From positions 1 through 45,174 of the forward strand of contig JALUMZ010000055.1 in the NCBI GenBank assembly GCA_027055635.1: DNA of 45,174 nucleotides, written 5' to 3'. Source of the DNA: Campylobacteraceae bacterium (GTDB lineage Bacteria; Campylobacterota; Campylobacteria; Campylobacterales; Sulfurospirillaceae). Of the stretch, positions 17,620 to 27,884 are shown piece by piece (the first letter of the stretch is position 1; every line of letters starts with the position of its first letter). A program made the translations under genes and the position numbers. The notes beneath the pieces were generated by a model. That model made no database searches, had not been told where the DNA came from, and was given only the letters and a program-made list of their open reading frames with translations.

Positions 17620-18726
17620 ATGAAAAAAAGATTTAGAGAAGATTTTGAAAATTTTTTATTAGATTTTCATATAAAATTTATTGAATTTTTCTCCTCACAA
17701 TGTGTCCATCGTGACCTGTCTCTTGATAAGAAAGAGGCAAAAATGGTTGCAGGTGAGATTTTGGATAATATATTTTCAGATAAAATTATACTGAGTGGGC
17801 AAATCGATAATATCATATTGAAGATGAAAAAAGATGGGGTGCATTTAGGCTATGTGCTCAATAGAGTGTTTCTTTATACATTTGAAAATTATCTTTTGCA
17901 TCTGAAGAAGAGAGATGTTTCAAGTTTAGATTATATTGAAAAACTAATACAGGCTTTTGGTAGGTTTTTGCAACTATTTGAGGATTATATTAGGAAAAAT
18001 ATAGATAATAACGACACTCTTATAAACTTCAAAAGCAATAACTCTCTCAGCAAAGCCGGAAATATCGTAGATATTATTCATCTTGTTAAAAGCAATAACC
18101 GTCATGTTAAGTTTATGAATTTATATCAAGGATATATGATCTTAGGAGAGGGGGAAGTTGTTGATATCAACAATAATCAAGTTCTGTTTAAAGTGGAAAA
18201 TGAACTTCAAGAGATTGCTATGAACTTAGAAGGAAAAGCATATATTCTTAAAGACGATAATATTCACAGATATATAAGAGCAGATATAGTTCATAGTGAT
18301 TTTACAAACCATACAGTTGTTTTAGAAAACTTTGTCTATCTTGTCAATCTTCCCGCATCAAAAAGAAAGAAAACTAGAGTTTATCCAGATATTTTAGTAC
18401 ATGTGAAATTAAAAAGTGATGAACATACACAAATAGTCGGAAATTTATACGACCTATCTATATGCGGAATGGGAGTAGTTAGTAAGGATAACATGGACTT
18501 TTACAGCGGTGCTAAAATCATTATTGAATTTGAATTAATATATCCTGATAAAAAACTCCGCATAGAGACAACAGGTGAAATCATAGAGATAAAACAACAT
18601 GCAGATTCATTTAGATACTGCATCAATATATCTCCAGACTCACAGACTCAGGAAATAATGAATGATTATATCCAGAAAAGAAAAAAAGAGATAGAACAAG
18701 AGTTAAGAGATGAGGTATGCATGTAA
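17620..18726 (+). CDS. PilZ domain-containing protein
   Basis: C-terminal RKKTR (RxxxR) and DLSICG (DxSxxG) motifs; uncharacterised N-terminal helical region. Confidence 0.82.
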   Translation: MKKRFREDFENFLLDFHIKFIEFFSSQCVHRDLSLDKKEAKMVAGEILDNIFSDKIILSGQIDNIILKMKKDGVHLGYVLNRVFLYTFENYLLHLKKRDVSSLDYIEKLIQAFGRFLQLFEDYIRKNIDNNDTLINFKSNNSLSKAGNIVDIIHLVKSNNRHVKFMNLYQGYMILGEGEVVDINNNQVLFKVENELQEIAMNLEGKAYILKDDNIHRYIRADIVHSDFTNHTVVLENFVYLVNLPASKRKKTRVYPDILVHVKLKSDEHTQIVGNLYDLSICGMGVVSKDNMDFYSGAKIIIEFELIYPDKKLRIETTGEIIEIKQHADSFRYCINISPDSQTQEIMNDYIQKRKKEIEQELRDEVCM

Positions 18727-18737
18727 AATTATTTATT

Positions 18738-19703
18738 TTACATGCCACCTTGCTTTTTCATTCTACTTTCTATCCTTCTGCCAATTACAGATAGAGTAAA
18801 TGTGATGCCAAAATAGATAGCGGCAATTACCAGCCATGTTTCAAATGGCGAGAAAGTATTTGCAACTATCTCTCTACCGACTTTTGTCAAATCCGTAATG
18901 GATATGACTGAAACCAAAGAGGAGTCTTTTACTAGAGCTATTGTTTCACCTACAAGCGTAGGAAGAGCTCTTTTAAAAGCTTGAGGCATTATGATGCTGC
19001 CCATAGTTTGGATGTAGTTCATACCAAGTGATTTTGCCGCTTCCGTTTGTCCTTTATCTATAGATTGTATAGCTCCTCTCAAAACTTCTGCTATATATGC
19101 TCCATAAAAAAGGCCTAAAGATATAGCTCCAGCATAAAACCTCTCTATACTAAAAATTGTAGCAATGATAAAATAGAAGATAAAAATCTGAACAAGCAGA
19201 GGAGTTCCCCTGATAACAGCTATATAAAATGTAGCTATATCTTTGAGAAAATGATAATTTGAAATTCTCATAAACGCAAGTATAGAGGCCAAGATAAAAG
19301 CTATTATCAAAGCAAGACCTGAAATTTTCAGAGTAACAAAAAGACCATTTAGTATAGGACCTTTTTTCCATGTGGTGTAAGTTGCCAGGTCATCATCTTC
19401 ATACACATCATCATTGTTGTCAACCAAAACTTTATAACTCTTTTCTATTTTAAAGTCTTTGACCCCATCTTTACCCCGTACTTCTATGGTATTGTTTTTC
19501 AGAAAAACTTTTCCATCAAATGGGGCTTGGATACTTATATCTTTTTGATATGCAAAATATTTTGGTACACTATTCCACTTCCAAATATAGTTCATATTTG
19601 ATGAAGCTATAAAAAGAGCGTACCCCAAAAGTATAAAAAAACCTGCGGCCAAGATATGACCGAAGGTTTTATTTTCTAAAATAGGTTTATTTTTTTTTGA
19701 CAA
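18738..19703 (-). CDS. polar amino acid ABC transporter permease (HisM/GlnP family)
   Basis: IRGTPLLVQ, AYIAEVLRGAIQSIDKGQTEAAKSLG (EAA motif), KDSSL. Confidence 0.95.
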   Translation of the reverse strand: MSKKNKPILENKTFGHILAAGFFILLGYALFIASSNMNYIWKWNSVPKYFAYQKDISIQAPFDGKVFLKNNTIEVRGKDGVKDFKIEKSYKVLVDNNDDVYEDDDLATYTTWKKGPILNGLFVTLKISGLALIIAFILASILAFMRISNYHFLKDIATFYIAVIRGTPLLVQIFIFYFIIATIFSIERFYAGAISLGLFYGAYIAEVLRGAIQSIDKGQTEAAKSLGMNYIQTMGSIIMPQAFKRALPTLVGETIALVKDSSLVSVISITDLTKVGREIVANTFSPFETWLVIAAIYFGITFTLSVIGRRIESRMKKQGGM

Positions 19704-19704
19704 G

Positions 19705-20505
19705 TTACATTACCTTTTTTTGCCATCTTGTGCTATTAAACCATTTGTCATAAATTTTCTTATAAAGACCATCATGCTTTGTTTGGTTTAAGAAGTTATT
19801 TAGCCAGTTAAGGAAATCAGGATCACCTTTTCTTACAGCCCATCCTAATGGTTCATAAGTCAAATCTTGATCCAAAAATGCCAATTTACCTTTTCCTTTT
19901 GATGCATAAAAAATAGCATTGTATGGTTTATCATATACAAATGCATCAGCTTTTCCATTCATTACTTCTTGAACAGCATCTGCTTCTGTGTCAAATGTTC
20001 TTATAGTTGCGTGCTTAAACATTTTTCTTGTAGCAATTTCTCCTGTAACTCCTAGTTTAGTTACAACAGTATTTCCTTTTTTATCAATATCTTGCCATGT
20101 CTTTCCAGCGTATTTTTTATTTGCTAGTATTGTTTGACCTATACTGATGTAAGGATTTGCAAAATTTATCTTTAAGTTTCTCTCTTGAGTAACTGTCATA
20201 CCTGAAGCTATGATGTCATATTTGCCGGTAAGAAGACCTGCGATGATGCCATCCCAAGCAGTTGGAACTAATTTTAATTTTACACCCATAGCTTTTGCCA
20301 TAGCTTTCATCATATCAACATCAAAACCAACAATATTGCCTTTTTTAGTTTTCATCTCAAAGGGCATATATCCCGCTTCAAGTCCAACTCTAAGTTCCCC
20401 TCTTTGTAAAACCGCATTTAGCGTCGATTTTTGCCATAAGCCGATATCATCAGCAGCCAAATTAAGCCCAAGCATTATAAGTAATGCAGCTATAATTTTC
20501 TTCAT
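19705..20505 (-). CDS. polar amino acid ABC transporter substrate-binding protein (family 3)
   Basis: Signal peptide, GYMPFEM, GFDVD, WDGII.GL..GKYD, MTVTQER. Confidence 0.95.
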   Translation of the reverse strand: MKKIIAALLIMLGLNLAADDIGLWQKSTLNAVLQRGELRVGLEAGYMPFEMKTKKGNIVGFDVDMMKAMAKAMGVKLKLVPTAWDGIIAGLLTGKYDIIASGMTVTQERNLKINFANPYISIGQTILANKKYAGKTWQDIDKKGNTVVTKLGVTGEIATRKMFKHATIRTFDTEADAVQEVMNGKADAFVYDKPYNAIFYASKGKGKLAFLDQDLTYEPLGWAVRKGDPDFLNWLNNFLNQTKHDGLYKKIYDKWFNSTRWQKKVM

Positions 20506-20521
20506 GTTTTCTCCTTTGAAT

Positions 20522-20610
20522 TTTTTTAACCTTTTAAGTAACTATTTCGTGAGGCTCAGGCCAACGGGAGGATTTGCCTTAAAGAAATAGTTATTTAAAA
20601 GGTTAAAAAA
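20522..20610. repeat. long intergenic inverted repeat (27-bp arms, one mismatch)
   Basis: TTTTTTAACCTTTTAAGTAACTATTTC (20522-20548) pairs with GAAATAGTTATTTAAAAGGTTAAAAAA (20584-20610) around a 35-nt, more GC-rich spacer. Confidence 0.85.
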
Positions 20611-20612
20611 TA

Positions 20613-21350
20613 TTAATGTGTCAATATTTCTTGTAAAAATTTCTTTGCTCTTTGGGTTTTTGGGCGAGTAAAGAAATCCTCTGGTGTGCCCTCCTCTAAA
20701 ATCTCACCTTCATCCATAAAGACCACTCTATTGCTAACCTCTTTAGCAAATCCCATCTCGTGGGTCACGCATACTATAGTATAGTTCTCCTTTGCGAGGC
20801 TTCTCATGACATCTAGAACACCGCCTATCATCTCTGGGTCTAGTGCACTTGTAGGTTCATCAAAAAGTAAAACTTTAGGTTTCATGGCTAGTGTTCTAGC
20901 TATCGCAACTCTCTGTTTTTGACCTCCGCTTAGCTCTCCTGGGTAACCTTCTGCTTTTTGAACAAGCCCCACTTTTTCAAGAAGTCTTAAGCCCTCTTCG
21001 TCGGCATCATGTTTTGAGACTTTTTTTACTTTTGTTTGAGCAATTGTGATATTTTGTAAAATTGTTAAATGGGGAAAAAGGTTGAAGTGTTGAAAAACCA
21101 TACCTGTTTCGGCTCGCAGTTCATTTAGTTTTGTTTTTTTATCATAGGCATCTATGCCATCGACTAGCAACTCTCCACTATCAATATCTTCGAGTCTGTT
21201 TATGCACCTAATAAGAGTTGATTTACCACTGCCGCTAGGTCCGCAAACAACAACAATCTCACCCTTTTTTACTTCAAAATTTATATTTTTAAGAGCATGA
21301 AAATCTCCAAAATATTTATCAACATTTTTCATGCTTACTATTGTATCCAT
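20613..21350 (-). CDS. polar amino acid ABC transporter ATP-binding protein (GlnQ family)
   Basis: [43 protein letters not shown] 21350 has an AAGGA RBS and is preferred over 21365. Confidence 0.95.
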   Translation of the reverse strand: MDTIVSMKNVDKYFGDFHALKNINFEVKKGEIVVVCGPSGSGKSTLIRCINRLEDIDSGELLVDGIDAYDKKTKLNELRAETGMVFQHFNLFPHLTILQNITIAQTKVKKVSKHDADEEGLRLLEKVGLVQKAEGYPGELSGGQKQRVAIARTLAMKPKVLLFDEPTSALDPEMIGGVLDVMRSLAKENYTIVCVTHEMGFAKEVSNRVVFMDEGEILEEGTPEDFFTRPKTQRAKKFLQEILTH

Positions 21351-21505
21351 CTTTTTCCTTAGCATTTTAAACCATAATTCTAGCAGTTATAACTAAAATA
21401 GAGTTAAAAAGAGCAGATAAATTTCATATTTGTTGTATATTTTTGAAAAAACTCCTAAATTTGTGTAAAATTAGGTAAAATTATAACTGACTAAAAGGAT
21501 GATGT

Positions 21506-22408
21506 TTGCTAAAAGACAAAATTAGAGAGTATGGTGCAGATTTTTTACTGTTTTTAGTGGCACTAGCTTGGGGGAGCACATTTTTTATCGTTCAAGAGGC
21601 AGTAGATAGCACACCTGTATTTATATTTCTTTTTTGGAGATTTCTATTTGCATCACTCTTGATGGCAGTTTTTTCATATAAAAGAGTTAAAAAGATAGAT
21701 TTGCAAACCATAAAAGCTGGTTTTGTCTTAGGTCTATTTATGTTTTTAGGCTTTGCTTTTCAAACATTTGGATTGACGATGACGCTATCTTCAACTGTGG
21801 CATTTTTAACTGGGCTAAATGTGATAATAGTCCCTTTTTTGCTCTATATTTTATTTAAAACCAAAGCTTCCATATACTCCATATTTGGTGCTTTGATAGC
21901 TGCTGTAGGATTGTATTTTCTCACTTATGGAGGCAGTTTAGGCTTTGGTTTAGGAGAGTTTTATGCTTTTATATGCGCTGTGATGTTTGCTCTGCATATT
22001 GTATTTACGGATAGATATTCAAAAAGATATGATGTTATGCTACTAGTGGTAATTCAGCTTTTTGTTGTTGCAGTTTTTTCTCTCTTCTCTTCTCTTGCTT
22101 TTGATGGAAATTTTATGCCGAGTCATATCGATTCAACTCTTGTTTATGCGCTTATAGTGACTGTTTTATTTGCTACAGTTTTTGCTTTTGGTGTGCAGAC
22201 CGCGATGCAAAGATACACGACTCCTGCTAAAACAGCTATAATTTTTACGATGGAGCCTGTAAGTGCAGGAGTTTTTGGTTATTTTTTTGCAAATGAAATT
22301 TTAAGTGCTCCCCAACTCTTTGGTGCTTTTTTGATTCTTTTTGGTATGGTTAGTGCTGAGTTGGGAACATATTTTAGGGAGAAGAGAAGAGGAGAGTATG
22401 TATGTTGA
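21506..22408 (+). CDS. DMT/EamA family transporter
   Basis: WGSTF, RF..A, FQT.GL, AFLTGL.V..VP, IFTMEPV; about 10 TM helices. Confidence 0.92.
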   Translation: MLKDKIREYGADFLLFLVALAWGSTFFIVQEAVDSTPVFIFLFWRFLFASLLMAVFSYKRVKKIDLQTIKAGFVLGLFMFLGFAFQTFGLTMTLSSTVAFLTGLNVIIVPFLLYILFKTKASIYSIFGALIAAVGLYFLTYGGSLGFGLGEFYAFICAVMFALHIVFTDRYSKRYDVMLLVVIQLFVVAVFSLFSSLAFDGNFMPSHIDSTLVYALIVTVLFATVFAFGVQTAMQRYTTPAKTAIIFTMEPVSAGVFGYFFANEILSAPQLFGAFLILFGMVSAELGTYFREKRRGEYVC

Positions 22409-22881
22409 AAAATCTATTTATCATATTTTTTACTCTTTTTTTATTGGCAGGATGTTCTATAAAACACCAAATAAAATTTTCAGCCCCATATAAGATAGTT
22501 ATAAAGACAAAAGACATAGCTATAGCAGATAGTGGTTTTGTAAAAAAGGCAGATGGATACAAGAGCATAGAGATATTTACACTTGGAAAACTAACTCTAC
22601 ATGTAGAGATTGGAAATGATGCTTGTATAAATGGATACTGTACAGACAGAATCGATTTTAACAGGAGATTTTTTGGATATCAACACTATGCAAACCTACT
22701 TGATGATATATTAGACAAAAGTCAGATATACGGTGGAGTGGGTAAGATAGAGATGCAAGGCGGATTTTTGCAAGAGATAAAAACAAAAAATTACGATATA
22801 ATTTATAGAGTAACAGACAAAACCATCTACTTCAAAGATAGAATGAACCATATCTTAATAAAATTAAAAAAACTACAATAA
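22402..22881 (+). CDS. hypothetical lipoprotein
   Basis: Hydrophobic N-terminus with LAGC lipobox; GGAG RBS; CINGYC motif. Confidence 0.75.
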   Translation: MLKNLFIIFFTLFLLAGCSIKHQIKFSAPYKIVIKTKDIAIADSGFVKKADGYKSIEIFTLGKLTLHVEIGNDACINGYCTDRIDFNRRFFGYQHYANLLDDILDKSQIYGGVGKIEMQGGFLQEIKTKNYDIIYRVTDKTIYFKDRMNHILIKLKKLQ

Positions 22882-22890
22882 GGACAATAA

Positions 22891-23739
22891 ATGAAATATA
22901 TAGGAGCACATGTCAGTGCGAGCGGGGGAGTTTTTAATGCCCCTTTAAATGCTATGAAAATCGGTGCAAAAGCTTTTGCACTTTTCACCAAAAACCAAAG
23001 ACAGTGGGTTGCAAAACCACTTGACGAAGAGACTATATCAAAATTTAAAACAAATCTTGAACTCTCAGGTATATTGCCAAAATATGTATTGCCTCATGAT
23101 AGCTACTTGATAAACCTTGGACATCCGGAACTTGAAAAAAGAGAAAAATCCCTAGGTGCTTTTATAGATGAGTTAAATAGATGTGAAGAGCTAGGATTGG
23201 ATAAGTTAAATTTTCATCCCGGAAGCCATCTAAAGCAGATAAGTGAAGAGGAGTGCTTGGATTTTATTAGTAAATCCATGAACGAAGCTATAAGAAAAAC
23301 TAAAAATGTAAAACTTGTCATAGAGAATACTGCCGGACAGGGAAGTAATTTGGGTTACAAATTGGAACACTTAGGTTTTTTGGTTAAAAACTGTATAGAT
23401 AAGCAAAGGGTGGGGGTTTGTATAGATACTTGCCACTTTTTTACCTCAGGCTACGATATAAGAACTAAAGAGACTTATGATGAATCTATGAAAAAATTTG
23501 ATACAATAGTCGGGTTTGAGTATTTAGCAGGTATGCACTTAAATGATTCTAAGCCGGATCTTGGTAGTCGTGTTGATAGACATGAATCCATAGGAGAGGG
23601 AAAAATTGGTTTGGAGGCTTTTAGGTTAATCATGAATGATGAGCGAATTGATGAGATACCTATGATACTTGAGACGACAAATAGTGACATATGGGAGCAA
23701 GAGATAAAACTCTTGTACTCTTTGATAGAAAAAAATTAA
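22891..23739 (+). CDS. nfo: endonuclease IV (AP endonuclease family 2)
   Basis: [56 protein letters not shown]. Confidence 0.96.
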   Translation: MKYIGAHVSASGGVFNAPLNAMKIGAKAFALFTKNQRQWVAKPLDEETISKFKTNLELSGILPKYVLPHDSYLINLGHPELEKREKSLGAFIDELNRCEELGLDKLNFHPGSHLKQISEEECLDFISKSMNEAIRKTKNVKLVIENTAGQGSNLGYKLEHLGFLVKNCIDKQRVGVCIDTCHFFTSGYDIRTKETYDESMKKFDTIVGFEYLAGMHLNDSKPDLGSRVDRHESIGEGKIGLEAFRLIMNDERIDEIPMILETTNSDIWEQEIKLLYSLIEKN

Positions 23740-23753
23740 TATAGGAGTGTTGT

Positions 23754-25088
23754 ATGAAGCAAATGTTTAAGCTTTTGTTTGTGGGTATTATGGTTGGTAT
23801 AACCATAATTTTTAGTGGGTGTGGAGGTTCTGGAAATGAGGGTGCTAATGCGGTCGGCAACAATCTAGTTAGTTCAGAAGTTATGGACGACATAGATGCC
23901 TCTACTATACTAGGTATGGTTAAGGCAAGTGGGATTGATGCAAATGCAACAAATGCTTTTGCATATAAAGCTGTAAAGATAACATATAAAACAACAAACA
24001 TCAAAGGAGATAGCATAAATGCTTCAGGATTATTGGTCATTCCAACTCCTACAGATGCATACAAGGCTTATCTTGCAAGTTTAGGAAAAAGCTTTTCTCT
24101 CTCTGCGGTTTGTGATAATCATGGAACAATTTTTTTAGATAGCGAAGCTCCTACAAGTGTTGAAAAAACACAACACTACTATCCTGATGCCCTGCTGTTA
24201 AGTGGTTATGCAGGTTTTGCCTCTATCTTTCCAGATTATGTGGGTTTTGGTGATTCCAAAGGTGAAGTGCACCCATATGTTATGAAACAATCAGCTCAAG
24301 CATCACTTGATATGATACGAGCAAGTGTAAAATATATGACAGATAATCATGTGCTATTTAATGGTCAGCTCTATTTGACAGGCTACTCTGAGGGTGGCTA
24401 TGTAACAATGGCTTTAGCAAAAGATATAGAAGAAAACCATAGTTCTGAATTTCAGCTGATGGGTGTTGCTCCAATGGCTGGACCTTATGATGTTGAAGGA
24501 TTGGCTGCTTTTGATTTGAATGCAAATATGAAGATGGTCTATCCTGCATTTTTAGCTGAGATAGCATCATCATACTCTAAAGCCTATGATGATATAAATA
24601 TCAGTGACTTAGTAGTGAAACCGGATATATTTAACAGTATAGACCTTTTTGGCGGTGATTATGATACGGTACCTATACATGTAGCCTTAGGATTAGCAGA
24701 TGTTACAATAGGAGATTATGGATTTAATACACACTATGCAAATGAACTTTTCAAAGATAGCTTTATCAATGATTACCAAGGAAATCTCAACAATTCTGCT
24801 AGAGTAAGATTTGCACAAAATGGTGTATATGACTGGACTCCTAAATCAAAAATGAACATAATCGGATGTGTTGATGATGAAATCATACCATTTACTCTAA
24901 GTGCCCAAAAAGCTTATGACACATTTATCGCCAATGGCGCAAAAAATGTGACTTTATCACCAATCCCAAGTAGTTATATTCCTGTAGCGACCCCAACAAA
25001 ACCTTTCGTGCATCAAAGATGCGGTAGTGTTGCTTACGGTATGGCAACAAAATGGTTTTCAGATATTAGAAGTGGAGCAATCAAATGA
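23754..25088 (+). CDS. lipoprotein alpha/beta-hydrolase, secretory lipase (LIP)-like
   Basis: FSGC lipobox; ASGLL.IP, HGT, PDYVGFG..KG.VHPY, nucleophile GYSEGG, APMAGPYD, DEIIP (candidate Asp), VHQ (candidate His). Confidence 0.85.
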   Translation: MKQMFKLLFVGIMVGITIIFSGCGGSGNEGANAVGNNLVSSEVMDDIDASTILGMVKASGIDANATNAFAYKAVKITYKTTNIKGDSINASGLLVIPTPTDAYKAYLASLGKSFSLSAVCDNHGTIFLDSEAPTSVEKTQHYYPDALLLSGYAGFASIFPDYVGFGDSKGEVHPYVMKQSAQASLDMIRASVKYMTDNHVLFNGQLYLTGYSEGGYVTMALAKDIEENHSSEFQLMGVAPMAGPYDVEGLAAFDLNANMKMVYPAFLAEIASSYSKAYDDINISDLVVKPDIFNSIDLFGGDYDTVPIHVALGLADVTIGDYGFNTHYANELFKDSFINDYQGNLNNSARVRFAQNGVYDWTPKSKMNIIGCVDDEIIPFTLSAQKAYDTFIANGAKNVTLSPIPSSYIPVATPTKPFVHQRCGSVAYGMATKWFSDIRSGAIK

Positions 25089-26323
25089 AAAATATAGTTT
25101 TAAAAGTTACAACAGCGACTATTCTTGCCTCTAGTCTATTGGTGGCGAGCGGATGGAGGATACCGGAGCAGTCATCAAGAAGTACGGCACTTAGTGGTGC
25201 TTATGTATCAAATGCAAGTGGAGCTGACAGCTCTTACTATAACCCGGCAAATATGAGTTTTAATGAAAATGCACTTCTGTTTGAGGGTGATTTTACATAC
25301 ATAAATCTTCCAAAACTAGATTATACAGGTACTGTGGCTGGATTTCCGGCAAATGGATCATCTCAAACGGAGCAATTTTTTGTTCCTACTATTTTTCTAA
25401 GTTCAAAAGATTATAGTGGTTTTAGATACGGTCTTAGTATCACAGCTCCGGGTGGGCTCTCCAAAAAATGGGAAACCCCTTTTCAAAAGGCTTACGCACA
25501 AGAGTTTACACTTGAAATTTTAGAGTTTAATCCGGTTATTTCATATGCTCTTAGCCCAAAATTTTCTATAGGTGGTGGACTTAGAGCTATATATAGTCAT
25601 GGTATAGTTAAGAGTGATGCATCTTTAATCGGTACAAATGTGCAAAGAGATTTAGAGGGCGATACTATAGAGTTTGGATATAATTTAGCCCTATCTTATA
25701 GACCTACAAAAGAGTTAAAATTTGCTTTAACTTACAGATCAAATGTGGATTTGAAAGAGGAGGGAAACTCTAAACTCTATCTTAATGGTACAAGAGTTTA
25801 TGACGGAGGGGCTAGTGTAAGCATACCTCTTCCAGCTGTTTTGGCTTTTGCGGCATCATATACATTTAATGGTAAAACAACAGTAGAATTTGAGTTTGAC
25901 AGAACATATTGGTCAGAGTATAAAGATTTGGATTTTAATTATAAAAGCCCAATCCCAGTTATATTGGTGCCATCTTTTGATAATCCTATCGCAAAAAACT
26001 GGAAAGATAGCAATGCTTATCGTATTGGTGTTACGCACCAATATAACGATAAGTTGAAGTTGCTAGCAGGTTTTGCAATAGATAAAACTCCTATACCATC
26101 AACATCATTAGGATTTGAGCTTCCAAGTTCTGATGCAAAACTATACTCTGTGGGATTTGAGTATAAATATAGTGATAAAATGACATTTGGTATGGGGTAT
26201 TTGTATGACAGTAAAGATGACAGGACAATATCGGCAGCAGATACCAATATACAACACATGGTGGGCGAATTTACAAATATAAGTGCTCATCTTCTAACAT
26301 TGTCGCTTAAATACAGGTTCTAA
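25085..26323 (+). CDS. fadL: FadL/OmpP1 outer-membrane long-chain fatty acid transporter
   Basis: Signal peptide followed by SGWRIPEQS hatch-like N-terminus, YYNPA motif, beta-strand pattern, C-terminal YRF. Confidence 0.87.
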   Translation: MKNIVLKVTTATILASSLLVASGWRIPEQSSRSTALSGAYVSNASGADSSYYNPANMSFNENALLFEGDFTYINLPKLDYTGTVAGFPANGSSQTEQFFVPTIFLSSKDYSGFRYGLSITAPGGLSKKWETPFQKAYAQEFTLEILEFNPVISYALSPKFSIGGGLRAIYSHGIVKSDASLIGTNVQRDLEGDTIEFGYNLALSYRPTKELKFALTYRSNVDLKEEGNSKLYLNGTRVYDGGASVSIPLPAVLAFAASYTFNGKTTVEFEFDRTYWSEYKDLDFNYKSPIPVILVPSFDNPIAKNWKDSNAYRIGVTHQYNDKLKLLAGFAIDKTPIPSTSLGFELPSSDAKLYSVGFEYKYSDKMTFGMGYLYDSKDDRTISAADTNIQHMVGEFTNISAHLLTLSLKYRF

Positions 26324-26324
26324 A

Positions 26325-27884
26325 ATGTTGAATTACAAGTATCAAAATTTTTATGAGATTATTCAAAATAATGAGAAAGAAAATCCTAAAAAAATTGCTC
26401 TATTTTTAGATGATAAAAAGATATCAAATCTAAAGCTAAAACAAGATGTTGATACATTTGCTAGATTTTTAGAATTTAGCGGTATAAAAAAAGGAGATAG
26501 AGTTGCCATGATTGTCGGCAACTCTATCGAGTTTGTAGTCTCTTTATTTGCTATTACAAAGATCGGAGCTATAGCAGTTCCTATCAATACTTTCTTGAAA
26601 AAAGGTGAGTTTGAATACATACTAAATGATTGTGAAGCTAAGCTTTTGATCTGCTCACCGTCATTTTCCAAAGAGACAAAAGATTTAATAAAGACGACTA
26701 AAATTCAAAAGATAGTCTGGAGCGAACAGTATGATGATTTAGATGAAAACAACTACAGTTTTGCGGAGATGGATGCTACTGCTTTGGGCGATGATGAGCC
26801 TGAGAGTCTGCCTACACTGGATGAATTGGCTTGTATCATCTATACTTCAGGGACTACCGGTAAACCAAAGGGTGCTATGCTTAGCTATAGAAATATCCTA
26901 TCTAACTCTATTGGGGCAGTGGAGGTTTTTGAAGTAAAAAAGAGTGATAGATTTGTAGTTTTTTTACCAATGTTTCACTCCTTTACGCTCTCAACTTCTG
27001 TACTGTTGCCACTGTTTGCCGGTTCGTCAATGGTGATTGTAAAATCAGTATTTCCATTTGCAAAGGTTCTAAAACAGGTACTTTTAAAAAGAGTTACAGT
27101 ATTTTTAGGAGTCCCGACACTGTATAATGCACTCTTAAAAGCCAAGATTCCTTGGTATTTTATGTTCTTTCATAAAGTAAGGCTTTTTATATCAGGAGGA
27201 GCACCGCTGAGTGAAGCATCGCTAAATCAATTTAACAACAAATTCAAAAAATCAAAGCTAATAGAGGGCTACGGACTTAGTGAAGCATCCCCTGTTGTTG
27301 CTGCAAATTTATTAAATAAGCAAAAGCCTCTATCTGTTGGTCCGGCATTTCCGGGATATGAAGTAAAAATTGTCAATGAAGAGATGTTAGAACTACCTGT
27401 TGGAGATATAGGTGAGATTATCGTAAAGGGCGATAATGTGATGCAGGGCTATCTAAATCGTCCGGATGCAACAGATGAAGTTATCGTAAACGGATGGCTG
27501 AAAACTGAAGATTTAGGCAAGGTTGATGATGAAGGTTTTATCTATATAGTAGATAGAAAAAAAGATCTGATAATCTCAAAAGGTATAAATATCTACCCTA
27601 GAGAGATAGAAGAGTGGTTGGCAAAATTTGAAGGCGTTGAGAGCGTCGCCGTAGTCGGTATCAAAAATAGTAGTGGTGATGAGGATGTCGTTGCATTTAT
27701 TCAGCCCAAAGATGATGTGGTACTAGATGAGCTAAAAATAAAACAGTATTTGAAAAAACACTTGGCAAACTTTAAACTGCCAAAAACAATCTACTTTGTT
27801 GAAGAGTTACCAAAAAATGCTACCGGGAAAGTTTTAAAAAGGGTGCTTAAAGAGCAGATAGCTAAAGGGGATTTTTCAAAATAG
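26325..27884 (+). CDS. fadD: long-chain fatty acid--CoA ligase
   Basis: YTSGTTGKPKG, LPMFHSF, GGAPL, EGYGLSE, DRKKD, YPREIE, PKNATGK; TED in place of the usual TGD. Confidence 0.88.
   Translation: MLNYKYQNFYEIIQNNEKENPKKIALFLDDKKISNLKLKQDVDTFARFLEFSGIKKGDRVAMIVGNSIEFVVSLFAITKIGAIAVPINTFLKKGEFEYILNDCEAKLLICSPSFSKETKDLIKTTKIQKIVWSEQYDDLDENNYSFAEMDATALGDDEPESLPTLDELACIIYTSGTTGKPKGAMLSYRNILSNSIGAVEVFEVKKSDRFVVFLPMFHSFTLSTSVLLPLFAGSSMVIVKSVFPFAKVLKQVLLKRVTVFLGVPTLYNALLKAKIPWYFMFFHKVRLFISGGAPLSEASLNQFNNKFKKSKLIEGYGLSEASPVVAANLLNKQKPLSVGPAFPGYEVKIVNEEMLELPVGDIGEIIVKGDNVMQGYLNRPDATDEVIVNGWLKTEDLGKVDDEGFIYIVDRKKDLIISKGINIYPREIEEWLAKFEGVESVAVVGIKNSSGDEDVVAFIQPKDDVVLDELKIKQYLKKHLANFKLPKTIYFVEELPKNATGKVLKRVLKEQIAKGDFSK

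Noticed and set aside
18738-21350. Idea that the ABC transporter supplies arginine to the arginine kinase
   Set aside because: Substrate cannot be read from the sequence by eye, and the loci are more than 5 kb apart with unrelated genes between.
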